Assembly: GCA_963796575.1 (NCBI GenBank)
Contig: CAWCMG010000017.1
Span: 245,234-309,233, forward strand
From: an uncultured Solirubrobacterales bacterium
GTDB lineage: Bacteria > Actinomycetota > Thermoleophilia > Solirubrobacterales > Solirubrobacteraceae
Direction: 5' to 3'
DNA: 64,000 nucleotides
Under the pieces are notes generated by a model. It ran no database searches, was not told the DNA's origin, and was given only the letters and a program-made list of their open reading frames with translations. This document shows, piece by piece, positions 46,893 to 57,853 of the stretch. Numbering within the stretch: position 1 is the stretch's first letter; the number at the start of each line of letters is the position of its first letter. The translations under genes and the position numbers were made by a program.

Positions 46893-47500
46893 CGCGACTG
46901 CGGGCGGGGAATCGAGCCGCGGCGGGCTGCGCCTTGCTGGAGCGGGCTGAGGCCGCCGGTCGTGTATGCGCGCCGGCGCCGGCGCCGCGGATCCTCGGGC
47001 AGCACCGGCCGGACGATCCGGCGCACGAGCGCGTAGACAGGAAGCGCCAGCAGCGTGTCGACCAGCACCACGATGAAGATCTGCTGGAGCAGCAGCAGAC
47101 TGACGGGCGCGTCGACGCCGAGCAGGAACTGGATCACCGCCATGCCGAGCCCGGCGAAGGCCGCGGCCACGGCGCCGGCGGCGAGCGGCACGAGCTCGTG
47201 CGAGGGGTCGCGAAGCTCGTGCAGGCGACCGGACCAGTAGCCGATCACGATGTACAGGAGCGAGGTCACGCCCAGCGTCTGGACGAGCACGAGGTCGATC
47301 AGCAGGCCGGTCGCGAACCCGAACACCGCCCCGGTGAGCGAGCCGCACAACAGGCCGACCGACATCACTACGAGCGGGGTCAGGTCAGCGCTCACCCCGA
47401 AGATCGACACCTGAGAGACCGCCGATTCCTGGATCACCACGGCGAAGAAGCCGAGCAGGACGAGACGGAGGGGGAGCTTGACCGCGTTGCTCACGGTCAC
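46889..47500 (-). CDS. mreD: Rod shape-determining protein MreD
   Basis: 203 aa polytopic membrane protein between mreC and mrdA, with 4-nt overlaps on both sides. Confidence 0.8.
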   Translation of the reverse strand: MTVSNAVKLPLRLVLLGFFAVVIQESAVSQVSIFGVSADLTPLVVMSVGLLCGSLTGAVFGFATGLLIDLVLVQTLGVTSLLYIVIGYWSGRLHELRDPSHELVPLAAGAVAAAFAGLGMAVIQFLLGVDAPVSLLLLQQIFIVVLVDTLLALPVYALVRRIVRPVLPEDPRRRRRRAYTTGGLSPLQQGAARRGSIPRPQSR

Positions 47501-48396
47501 GGCACCTGCGCGCGCTCGGTGCCGGGCGAAGGACGGGTGAGGATCTGAACGACGTCGACGCCGCGCAGGTCGGCCTGCGGCGAGACCTGGATCGTCCCGT
47601 TGTTGAGCAGCTGGTTCTCGTCGACGGGGAGCACGTTGCCGATCGGGATGTTCGCCGGGAAGTACGACTCGAGCGGGCCCGATTTGAATCCGGCGGTGAC
47701 GACCAGCTGGCCCTGCTGCGGGCCGTTCTGGAGCTGTCCCGGGTTCGGGGGCTGAAGATATTGGAGGACGAGCTCGTCCGGGTTCCCCACCGCCGGCACC
47801 AGCTCGCCGGTGTCGCCGTTGGCGTCGAGCACGCGCGCGGTCACCGACAGCGTGTGGTCGGTGATCAGCGTGACGAACGAGACCGTCGCCGACACCTCCG
47901 TGACCTCGCCGACGAGCGCGCCGTCCCCGACGACGGGATCGTGTAGGGCGACGCCGTCGTCGGTGCCCTTGTCGACGCTGATCGTCTGGTACCAGAGCGT
48001 CGGATCGCGCAGGATCACCTGCCCGGTGACCGGGTGGTACGAGCTCAGGTCGAGGCTGTTGTCGAGGTGGAGCTCGGCTGCGAGCTGCGTATTGAGAAGC
48101 TTGGCGCCCTTGGCCTGGGCGAGCTCGTTGTTCAGCCGCGCCACCGTCTGCTGTAGCTGCTTGACCTGGCTCTTGGCGTGGAACGTGCTCGAGAACCAGC
48201 CCGCGACCGACCGGACCGGCGCCAGGACCTTGCTCGCGCCGTCCTCGACCGGCGAGAGCACCTCGACCACGCCGCGCTGGACGTTGTGCAGCGGGCTGTT
48301 CGGCGTCTCGCCGAAGTAGGCCGTGAGCAGGATCAGGGAGACGGCGACGAGCAGCGCGAGAACCGCCCGCCGTCGCCGAACTTGCTTGTTATCCAC
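47497..48396 (-). CDS. mreC: Rod shape-determining protein MreC
   Basis: 299 aa. N-terminal TM helix, coiled coil (QVKQLQQTVARLNNELAQAK), then a beta-rich domain. Confidence 0.88.
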   Translation of the reverse strand: MDNKQVRRRRAVLALLVAVSLILLTAYFGETPNSPLHNVQRGVVEVLSPVEDGASKVLAPVRSVAGWFSSTFHAKSQVKQLQQTVARLNNELAQAKGAKLLNTQLAAELHLDNSLDLSSYHPVTGQVILRDPTLWYQTISVDKGTDDGVALHDPVVGDGALVGEVTEVSATVSFVTLITDHTLSVTARVLDANGDTGELVPAVGNPDELVLQYLQPPNPGQLQNGPQQGQLVVTAGFKSGPLESYFPANIPIGNVLPVDENQLLNNGTIQVSPQADLRGVDVVQILTRPSPGTERAQVP

Positions 48397-48449
48397 GGAT
48401 TTCGTGTCTCCAAGATCTTGCCTGGCGCCACGTCAGCACTCCGTCCAAC

Positions 48450-49634
<1,185 letters not shown>

Positions 49635-49659
49635 TCAGCGCGGGTTGCGGGGAGCCGGG

Positions 49660-50217
49660 TCACCCGCTGAGCAGCCCGGGGGCCAGCTCCAGCAGCGTCG
49701 TCACGGGCAGTCCGACCACGTTCAGGAAGTCGCCTTCGATCGCCGCCACGAGCGCCGCGCCGCGCCCCTGGATCGCGTACGCCCCCGCCCGCTCGCGCCA
49801 TTCGCCGCTGGCCACATACCAGTCGATCAGGGTCGCGTCCAGCGCCCGGAACTCCACCGTGGTGCTCGCGGCCGCCGTCCGAGCGGAGCCGTCGGCGATC
49901 AAGCAGATTCCGCTCACGACGGTGTGGCGACGCCCCGAGAGCGCGCTCAGCATCGTGCGCGCCTGCGCCTCGTCCGCAGGCTTGCCGTATACCCGAGCCC
50001 CAAGACTGACCAGCGTGTCTACGCCGAGGATCCAGTCTCCCGGCATCCTCCCCGCCACGGCGGAGGCCTTCCGGAACGCGTTCTCGAGCGCGACCTCGTG
50101 CGGCGGGCCCGCCTCGAGCTCCTCCACGTCCGGCACCTCGACCGTGAACTCGACGCCGATCTGATCGAGGATCGCCCGCCGCTGGGGCGAGCGCGAGGCG
50201 AGCACCAAGCGGCTCAC
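49660..50217 (-). CDS. maf: Maf-like nucleoside triphosphate pyrophosphatase
   Basis: 185 aa: LVLASRSPQRRAILDQIGV...GAYAIQG. Confidence 0.88.
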   Translation of the reverse strand: MSRLVLASRSPQRRAILDQIGVEFTVEVPDVEELEAGPPHEVALENAFRKASAVAGRMPGDWILGVDTLVSLGARVYGKPADEAQARTMLSALSGRRHTVVSGICLIADGSARTAAASTTVEFRALDATLIDWYVASGEWRERAGAYAIQGRGAALVAAIEGDFLNVVGLPVTTLLELAPGLLSG

Positions 50218-50241
50218 GTGACCGCGACGAAAGGCCCGAGC

Positions 50242-50649
50242 TCAGCCGAGCTCCGGGAAGAACAGGGCCACCTCGCGCGCCGCGGACTCCGGCGAATCCG
50301 ACCCGTGAACCATGTTCTGGCCCACCTCGATCGCGAAGTCACCGCGGATCGAGCCGGTCGTCGCCTTGAGCGGATCGGTGGCGCCGATCACCTGGCGCGC
50401 CGCCACCACTGCCTGCTCGCCCTCGAGCACCATCGCCACGAGCGGCCCGGATGTGATGAACGTCACAAGCTCCTCGTAGAAGCCCTTCCCCTCGTGCTCG
50501 GCGTAGTGCTCCGCCGCGGCGTCGCGGCTCATCGTCAGCAGGTTCATCGCGACGAGCCGGAGCCCCTTGCGCTCGAAGCGCGCGATGATCTCGCCCGAGA
50601 GGTTTCGGGCAAAGGCGTCGGGCTTGATCAAGATCAGCGTTCGCTCCAT
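50242..50649 (-). CDS. ndk: Nucleoside diphosphate kinase
   Basis: [13 protein letters not shown]...NMVHGSDS (active-site His). Start trimmed to ATG 50649 in track ORF 50242..50847. Confidence 0.95.
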   Translation of the reverse strand: MERTLILIKPDAFARNLSGEIIARFERKGLRLVAMNLLTMSRDAAAEHYAEHEGKGFYEELVTFITSGPLVAMVLEGEQAVVAARQVIGATDPLKATTGSIRGDFAIEVGQNMVHGSDSPESAAREVALFFPELG

Positions 50650-50860
50650 GGGTCTCCTTGTGGCGGCGCGAGCGGCGCCGGTGGGGGTGCTCCGAGGGGC
50701 GGAGACTCTAGAGGGAAAGGCCCGCGCGGCGGCGTGAGCGCGGTCCGCTCGCCGTTCGCTGCGCAGGTGCGTGTCCCACTCGGGTGCCTCGCGTCCGATA
50801 CGGCAGCCGAACGACCCAGACGGGCAGCGCGGGCCCGATGCGGGCACGTACCGGAGCTGG

Positions 50861-51460
50861 TTAGCTGCTCGACGGGCCGCCGCGCTCGGCCGGCGCCGGC
50901 GTCGGAGTCGGAGTCGGGGCGGCGCTGCGCTCGGCGCGCACGGTCGCTCCGGCCACCGGCTGCTCGGCTGTGCCCTCGCGACGCCGGCGGGTGCGGCGAG
51001 GCTGCGGAGCGGCGCCCGCCACCTCGGCCTCGCAGAACGGGCAGATCTTCCACATCGGGTCGAGCGGTTTGCCGCACGCGGCGCACGGATCCTTCAGCTT
51101 GCGCATGCAGTTGGGGCAACGCAGGAAGTCCTTCTCGACCTCGTAGTCGCAGTACGGGCAGACCTGGTAGCCGAGCTCCGCCAGCCGCGCCTCGGCGGCC
51201 TGGATCTCGAGCTCGCGTTCGCGCACGTCGTCGAGGTACTCGGGGGGCCTGACGATCATGTAGACGATCGTCCCGACGAACGGGAACAGCGATGCCGCGG
51301 TCGCGCAGCCGACCAGCAGCGAGTCGGCGATCCGGCGCCGAGCGTCCGCGTACGTCCAGTAGATGAGCGCCAGCCACACCACCACCAGGAACAGGATGAT
51401 GAGCTCGACGACAGCACTGATCGTGCCGTTCTTGATGCCAAAGACCGTCAGGAAGGGCAT
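50861..51460 (-). CDS. Membrane protein with a PLDc_N-like N-terminal domain and a cytoplasmic double zinc-ribbon
   Basis: Two TM helices flank [10 protein letters not shown]...[14 protein letters not shown] (PLD-nuclease N-terminal-type motif). These are followed by a coiled segment, CPYC-x12-CPNC and CAAC-x12-CPFC, and a Pro/Thr/Arg-rich tail. Confidence 0.7.
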   Translation of the reverse strand: MPFLTVFGIKNGTISAVVELIILFLVVVWLALIYWTYADARRRIADSLLVGCATAASLFPFVGTIVYMIVRPPEYLDDVRERELEIQAAEARLAELGYQVCPYCDYEVEKDFLRCPNCMRKLKDPCAACGKPLDPMWKICPFCEAEVAGAAPQPRRTRRRREGTAEQPVAGATVRAERSAAPTPTPTPAPAERGGPSSS

Positions 51461-51510
51461 TAAGCGTGCGAGTTTAGTGGTCGATGGCGTTGGAGCGTCG
51501 GGGCGGCCGT

Positions 51511-51555
51511 ACGTCTTGTGTGTGGATCCTCATACAAGACGTGCGCGGTCCACAC
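51511..51555. other. Interleaved inverted repeats with H-type pseudoknot topology
   Basis: ACGTCTTGT (51511-51519) pairs with ACAAGACGT (51534-51542). GTGTGGA (51520-51526), in the loop of the first pair, pairs with TCCACAC (51549-51555). The patch has lower GC and sits 50-95 nt upstream of the zinc-ribbon gene start. Confidence 0.35.
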
Positions 51556-51567
51556 GATTTCGGCCTA

Positions 51568-51693
51568 TCAGAGATATGTCCTGCCAAACAGGTAACCGAT
51601 TCCGAAGAACACGAGGATCACGAGCGCGACGACCACGGCGACCAGCGCGACCATCGCCAGGAACCTCGGCTGCCTCTCCTCCTCGTCGTCCAT
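51568..51693 (-). CDS. Hypothetical 41-aa single-pass membrane peptide
   Basis: MDDEEERQPRFLAMVALVAVVVALVILVFFGIGYLFGRTYL. The ATG is 17 nt after the folC TGA and has GAGGCGG upstream. GC3 is high in the TM part. It is embedded in the spurious track ORF 51568..52041. Confidence 0.4.
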   Translation of the reverse strand: MDDEEERQPRFLAMVALVAVVVALVILVFFGIGYLFGRTYL

Positions 51694-51710
51694 GGTATCG
51701 GCCGCCTCAT

Positions 51711-52961
51711 TCACAGCATCGAGGCGCGGCCGGCGCCCTCCGGGCGTAGCAGGTCGGCAACCAGATAGATCGAGCCGGTGGCCACGACCAGGCCGCCGGG
51801 GCCGGCCAGGTCGCGGGCGCGCTCGAGCGCGGCGCGAGGGTCGCGGATGACCTCGGACGGCGGTCCGCCCAGCTGGCCGGCGAGCGACTGGAGGGTCGGC
51901 GGCGGCAGCGCCCGAGGGTTTTGGCTCGCGGTCAGGACCAGCGCGTCGCACATCGGCAACAGGCCGGCGAGCATCGCCGCCGCATCCTTGTCGTCGAGCA
52001 CCGAGATGACCGCGACGACGCGATCGTGGCCGGCGGCCCATGGCTCGGCCAGCGCCTCGGCGAGCGCGAAGATTCCGTCGGGGTTGTGGGCGCCGTCGAG
52101 CAGCGTGAGCGGCTCCTCGTCGATCACCTGAAGACGGCCCGGCACGAGGATCTCCGCCGCGGCGGTGGCGACCGCGGCTGGGTCGAGCTTCCCGAGGTAC
52201 GCCTCCGCCGCGGCCCGCGCCAGTGCGAAGTTGCGCCGCTGATACGGGCCCAGCGCGGTCAGCGGCACGCCCGGGTCCGGGCCTGCGTGAACGATCGTCG
52301 CTTCGCGCTCCGCGGCGACGCGCTCAGCCACCGCCTCGGCATCGGGATGCAGGCCGTTCCCCAGGATCAGCGTCGCGTGAGGTTGCACGACGTCGAGCTT
52401 CTCGGTGGCGATCGCGGTGATCGTCGGCCCGAGCCACCGGGTGTGCTCGAGGCCGACGCTGGTCAGCACCTGCACGCGCGACGGGATCACGTTGGTCGCG
52501 TCGTAGCGGCCGCCGAGCCCCGCCTCGATAACCGCCACCTCGACCCCCTTGCGGGCCAGCTCGGAGTAGGCGGCCGCGGTCAGGAGCTCGAACTGGGTCA
52601 CCCGGTCGTCGCCGACGAGCGAACGGTCGACGAGCTCGGCGGCGTGCGCCGCCCGCTGGATCGCGGCGGCGAACTCGCTCGGCTCCAGATCGGCGTCGTC
52701 GATCCTGATCCGCTCGGCGAACGAGACCAGGTGCGGAGACAGGTACGCGCCGGTGCGCAAGCCGTGCCTGCGCAGGATCGCCGCGGCCATCCGCACGGTC
52801 GAGGACTTGCCGTTGGTGCCGACCACGTGAATCGACTCGAAGCTCTGGTGCGGGTTCCCGAGCGCGGTCATCAGGCGCCGCATGCGGTCCAGCCCGAACC
52901 GCATCCCGAACAGCTCGCGGGAGAGGATGTACCGCTCGGCGTCTTCCGGAGTCATTGCCAT
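51711..52961 (-). CDS. folC: Bifunctional folylpolyglutamate synthase/dihydrofolate synthase
   Basis: Mur-ligase P-loop VVGTNGKSST. Start trimmed to ATG 52961 (MAMTPEDAERYI). The upstream 28 codons of the track ORF are translated hairpin repeats. Confidence 0.9.
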   Translation of the reverse strand: MAMTPEDAERYILSRELFGMRFGLDRMRRLMTALGNPHQSFESIHVVGTNGKSSTVRMAAAILRRHGLRTGAYLSPHLVSFAERIRIDDADLEPSEFAAAIQRAAHAAELVDRSLVGDDRVTQFELLTAAAYSELARKGVEVAVIEAGLGGRYDATNVIPSRVQVLTSVGLEHTRWLGPTITAIATEKLDVVQPHATLILGNGLHPDAEAVAERVAAEREATIVHAGPDPGVPLTALGPYQRRNFALARAAAEAYLGKLDPAAVATAAAEILVPGRLQVIDEEPLTLLDGAHNPDGIFALAEALAEPWAAGHDRVVAVISVLDDKDAAAMLAGLLPMCDALVLTASQNPRALPPPTLQSLAGQLGGPPSEVIRDPRAALERARDLAGPGGLVVATGSIYLVADLLRPEGAGRASML

Positions 52962-52973
52962 GAGGCACCCCCC

Positions 52974-53084
52974 GAGATCGCCCCCAGGGCGATCTCGCAA
53001 GCGAATGACGAAGTCATTCGCCTCGCCCCCAGGGCGATCTCGCAAGCGAATCGCCGCAGGCGATTCGCCAATGACGAAGTCATT
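52974..53084. repeat. Array of four or five short perfect hairpins built from two duplicated modules (valS-folC intercistronic region)
   Basis: The hairpins are GAGATCGCCC-CCA-GGGCGATCTC (52974-52996), GAATGAC-GAA-GTCATTC (53003-53019), a second CCCCCAGGGCGATCTCGCAAGCGAAT copy (53026-53051, 45-nt period), GAATCGCC-GCA-GGCGATTC (53048-53066), and AATGAC-GAA-GTCATT (53069-53084), which contains the valS stop. Confidence 0.8.
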
Positions 53085-55692
53085 CGCCGAGCTCCTCGCG
53101 CAGCCGGACCAGCTTGTCGCGTTCGGCCTGGACGACGTCCGCCGGCGCCTTGTCGACGAATCCCCGGTTGGCGAGCTTGCGCTCGGCGCGCTCGATCTCG
53201 GCCTCGACCTTGGCCCGTCGGGCGGCGAGCCGGCGCTGGGCCCCCTCCAGGTCGACGTCCTCGCTGGGCAGAATCTCCACCGCCCCGCCAGGAACCGGCA
53301 CGGTCGCGACGGGCTCGGCTCCGTCCGACGTGAACGCCATCCGCGCGAGCCGGGCCAGGTGCTCCCCCGTCTCCTCGTAGCCCTCGGCGGCCAGGCGTGC
53401 CGGCACGGTCGCCGCGGCTCGCACCCCGGCGAAGTCGCGCCAGCCGCGCAGCGCCTGCACCGCCTCGATCACGCGCGCGACGCTCTCTTCGGCCGCCTCG
53501 TCTCGAACCGCGTCCTCGGAGAGCACGCCGCCGGCGGCGAGTAGCCCCTCGGCGCCTGGGATGTAGCGATAGATCTCCTCGGTGACGAACGGAATCATCG
53601 GGTGGGCGATCGCGAGGGTCTGCGTCAACACGTGCAGCAGCGTGGCGTGAAGATCGGCCCCGCCCACCCCGCCGGCGCGCAGGCGTGGCTTGATCAGCTC
53701 GAGGTACCAGTCGCACAGTTCGCCGTAGACGAAGTCGTACAGACGGAGCGCCGCATGGGCGAACGCGTAGCGCTTGGTTTCGTCAGCGATCGCCGCCCGG
53801 GCGCGATCCAGTCGCGTGAGGATCCATCGGTCCTCGACTGTCGTCGGCCTCGGCTCCGCCCGCGCGTCCGAGCTCACGCTGAGCAGGATCAGCCGCGCGG
53901 CGTTCCAGAGCTTGTTGGTGAGCTGGAGACCCTGGGCCAGCTTGTCCTCGCTGAAGCGGACGTCCTGAGCGGAGGACATCGCGTACAGGCCCCAGCGCAC
54001 CGCGTCGGCGCCATAGGCCGGGAAGTCGCCTCCGCTCTCGAACACCGGCGGCCGGGGACCCCCGTTGATCAGGTCGATCGGGTCGACCCCGGTGCCGAGC
54101 GACTTGGACATCCGCCGCCCGTCGGGGGCCTGGATGATCGAGTGCACGTAGACGTCCTCGAACGGGATCTGCCCGGTGAACTCGATCCCCAGCATGATCA
54201 TCCGCGCGACCCAGAGGAAGATGATGTCGCGGGCCGTGCACAGCGCGTCGGTCGGGTAGAAGGCGCGCAGCGACGGCGTGTCCTCGGGCCAGCCGAGCGC
54301 CGCGAACGGGAACAGCCCGGAGCTGAACCACGTGTCGAGCACGTCGGGGTCGCGCTCCCAGCCCTCGCCCTCGGGCGGCGTCTCGCCGACGTAGCGCTCC
54401 TGGGTGGGCGGGATTCCTCTATACCACACCGGGATCTGATGGCCCCACCACAGCTGGCGGGAGATGACCCACGGTCGGATGTTCTCCATCCAGTTCATGT
54501 ACACCCGCGTGTAGCTCTCGGGCCAGAACCGGACCCGGCCGCTGTTCACGACCTCGATCGCGGGCTTGACGAGCTCGTCCATCCGCATGAACCACTGCAG
54601 CGAGATCAGCGGCTCGATCCGCTCCCCCGACCGCTGCGAGTAGGGCACTTCGTGGACGTAATCCTCGGTCCGCGCGATCAGGTCCTCGCGCCGCAGCTCG
54701 GCGACGACCTCGCGCCGGGCCTCCTCGACGGTCATGCCGACGAACCGCTCGGGCGCCTCGGCGGTGACCCGCCCGTCCTCCCCGATCACGCTGATCTGCT
54801 GAAGGCCGTGGCGCCGGCCGATCTCGAAGTCATTGGGGTCGTGGCCCGGGGTGATCTTCAGCGCGCCGGTACCAAAGTCGGGCTTGACGTAGTCGTCGGC
54901 GATGATCTTCAGCTTGCGCCCGACGAGCGGGAGGATCGCCTTCTCGCCGACGAGGCGCCGGTAACGGTCGTCGTCGGGATGGACCGCGATCGCGGTGTCG
55001 GCGAGCATCGTCTCCGGGCGGACGGTGGCGACTGTGACCGCGCCCGATCCCGAGGCCAGCGGGTAGTCGATGTAGTAGAGCGTGTCCTCCACCTCGCGGT
55101 CCTCGACCTCGAGGTCCGAGATTGCCGACAAGCTTCCCGGATCCCAGTTGACCATGTACCGGTCCCGGTAGATGTAGCCCTTCTCGTACAGGGCGACGAA
55201 CACGTGCTGGACGGCGCGGGCGTAGCGGTCGTCGAGCGTGAACCGCTCGTCGTCGTAGTCGAGCGAGGCGCCGAGGCGCTTGAGCTGCTCGATGATCTGG
55301 CCGCCGTAATCCTCCCGCCAGCGCCACACGCGCTCGACGAACGCCTCCCGGCCGAGCTGCTCGCGGCTCGTGCCCTCGGCGAGCAGGACCCTTTCCACCT
55401 GCGTCTGGGTCGCGATGCCGGCGTGGTCGGTCCCGAGGATCCACTTGGTCCGCTTGCCGCGCATCCGGTTGAAGCGGATCAGGCAGTCCTGGATCGAGTT
55501 GTTGAGCGCGTGGCCCATGTGCAGGACGCCGGTGACGTTCGGCAGCGGGATCGCGATCGAGTAGTTGTCGGCGGGATCGCCCGCGGGCTCGGGGTGGAAC
55601 AGGCCGCTCTCGAGCCACGCCTGCGCGATCCGCGGCTCGACCTCGGACGGGTCGTAGCGGGTCTTGGCTTCGAGGTCGGAGCGGTCGGTCAT
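53080..55692 (-). CDS. valS: Valine--tRNA ligase
   Basis: 870 aa. HIGH-type PNVTGVLHMGHA, KMSKS-type RMSKSLGT, and a C-terminal coiled coil. Confidence 0.97.
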   Translation of the reverse strand: MTDRSDLEAKTRYDPSEVEPRIAQAWLESGLFHPEPAGDPADNYSIAIPLPNVTGVLHMGHALNNSIQDCLIRFNRMRGKRTKWILGTDHAGIATQTQVERVLLAEGTSREQLGREAFVERVWRWREDYGGQIIEQLKRLGASLDYDDERFTLDDRYARAVQHVFVALYEKGYIYRDRYMVNWDPGSLSAISDLEVEDREVEDTLYYIDYPLASGSGAVTVATVRPETMLADTAIAVHPDDDRYRRLVGEKAILPLVGRKLKIIADDYVKPDFGTGALKITPGHDPNDFEIGRRHGLQQISVIGEDGRVTAEAPERFVGMTVEEARREVVAELRREDLIARTEDYVHEVPYSQRSGERIEPLISLQWFMRMDELVKPAIEVVNSGRVRFWPESYTRVYMNWMENIRPWVISRQLWWGHQIPVWYRGIPPTQERYVGETPPEGEGWERDPDVLDTWFSSGLFPFAALGWPEDTPSLRAFYPTDALCTARDIIFLWVARMIMLGIEFTGQIPFEDVYVHSIIQAPDGRRMSKSLGTGVDPIDLINGGPRPPVFESGGDFPAYGADAVRWGLYAMSSAQDVRFSEDKLAQGLQLTNKLWNAARLILLSVSSDARAEPRPTTVEDRWILTRLDRARAAIADETKRYAFAHAALRLYDFVYGELCDWYLELIKPRLRAGGVGGADLHATLLHVLTQTLAIAHPMIPFVTEEIYRYIPGAEGLLAAGGVLSEDAVRDEAAEESVARVIEAVQALRGWRDFAGVRAAATVPARLAAEGYEETGEHLARLARMAFTSDGAEPVATVPVPGGAVEILPSEDVDLEGAQRRLAARRAKVEAEIERAERKLANRGFVDKAPADVVQAERDKLVRLREELGE

Positions 55693-55809
55693 CGACGGCT
55701 CAGTCTAGGAAACGAAAGCTGTCCGGACGGGGCACATGGCGGTCGCGGCGACGGCACGCTCGGCATCCGTGCCTCGCCCGACGTGCTTGCCGCGCCACAT
55801 CCGACGGAC

Positions 55810-55826
55810 GCCGGGCGAAGCCCGGC
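55810..55826 (-). terminator. Stem-loop 12 nt downstream of the clpX stop (terminator candidate without a U tract)
   Basis: GCCGGGC-GAA-GCCCGGC, a 7-bp GC stem. Confidence 0.3.
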
Positions 55827-55837
55827 CCCAGAGAACG

Positions 55838-57094
<1,257 letters not shown>

Positions 57095-57153
57095 GTGATG
57101 CCCTCTCCCGGAGTCGCCTCGCGCGCCTTATCCCGAGCCCTAAGGGTAGCCCC

Positions 57154-57738
57154 TTAGTGCTGGGAGATGACGCGGTCGATGATTCCGTAGTCCTTGGCCT
57201 CCTCAGAGCTCATGAAGTAATCACGTTCGGTATCCGACCGAACTTTCTCAAGGCTCTGCCCGGTGTGGTGGGCGATGATCTCATCGAGCCGCCGCCGGAC
57301 GTCGATGATCTCCTTCGCATGGATCTCGATATCGGTGGCCTGGCCCTGGAACGCGGAGGAGACCTGGTGGATCAGGATCTTGGCGTTCGGCAGCGCCATT
57401 CGCTTGCCGTTGGCTCCTCCGGCCAGCAGCAGCGCGCCCATCGACATCGCGATCCCGACGCAGATCGTCTGCACGTCGGGCTTGATGAACTGCATCGTGT
57501 CGTAGATCGCCAGCCCGGCATAGACCGAGCCCCCGGGCGAGTTGACGTAGATCGAGATGTCCTTGTCCGGATCCTCTGATTCCAAGTGGAGGAGCTGCGC
57601 GACGATCAGGTTCGCGATCTGATCGTCCACCGGCGTCCCCAGGAAGATGATCCGCTCGTTGAGCAGACGGCTGTAGATGTCGAATGCGCGCTCTCCACGA
57701 GAGGTCTGTTCGACAACCATCGGTACGAGTGGGCTCAT
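57154..57738 (-). CDS. clpP: ATP-dependent Clp protease proteolytic subunit
   Basis: 194 aa with the active-site context GIAMSMGA and the HQ...D triad. Confidence 0.97.
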   Translation of the reverse strand: MSPLVPMVVEQTSRGERAFDIYSRLLNERIIFLGTPVDDQIANLIVAQLLHLESEDPDKDISIYVNSPGGSVYAGLAIYDTMQFIKPDVQTICVGIAMSMGALLLAGGANGKRMALPNAKILIHQVSSAFQGQATDIEIHAKEIIDVRRRLDEIIAHHTGQSLEKVRSDTERDYFMSSEEAKDYGIIDRVISQH

Positions 57739-57853
57739 CGTCCTCGCTTCTTTCGCTTCCTCGGCCGGAATCCTGCCGACTGTAGCAATCGCCTAGACCC
57801 TGCTGTGAGGGGTGGACCTGCCCGGGCCGTTTCGATCCCGGTCTTGCACAGGG

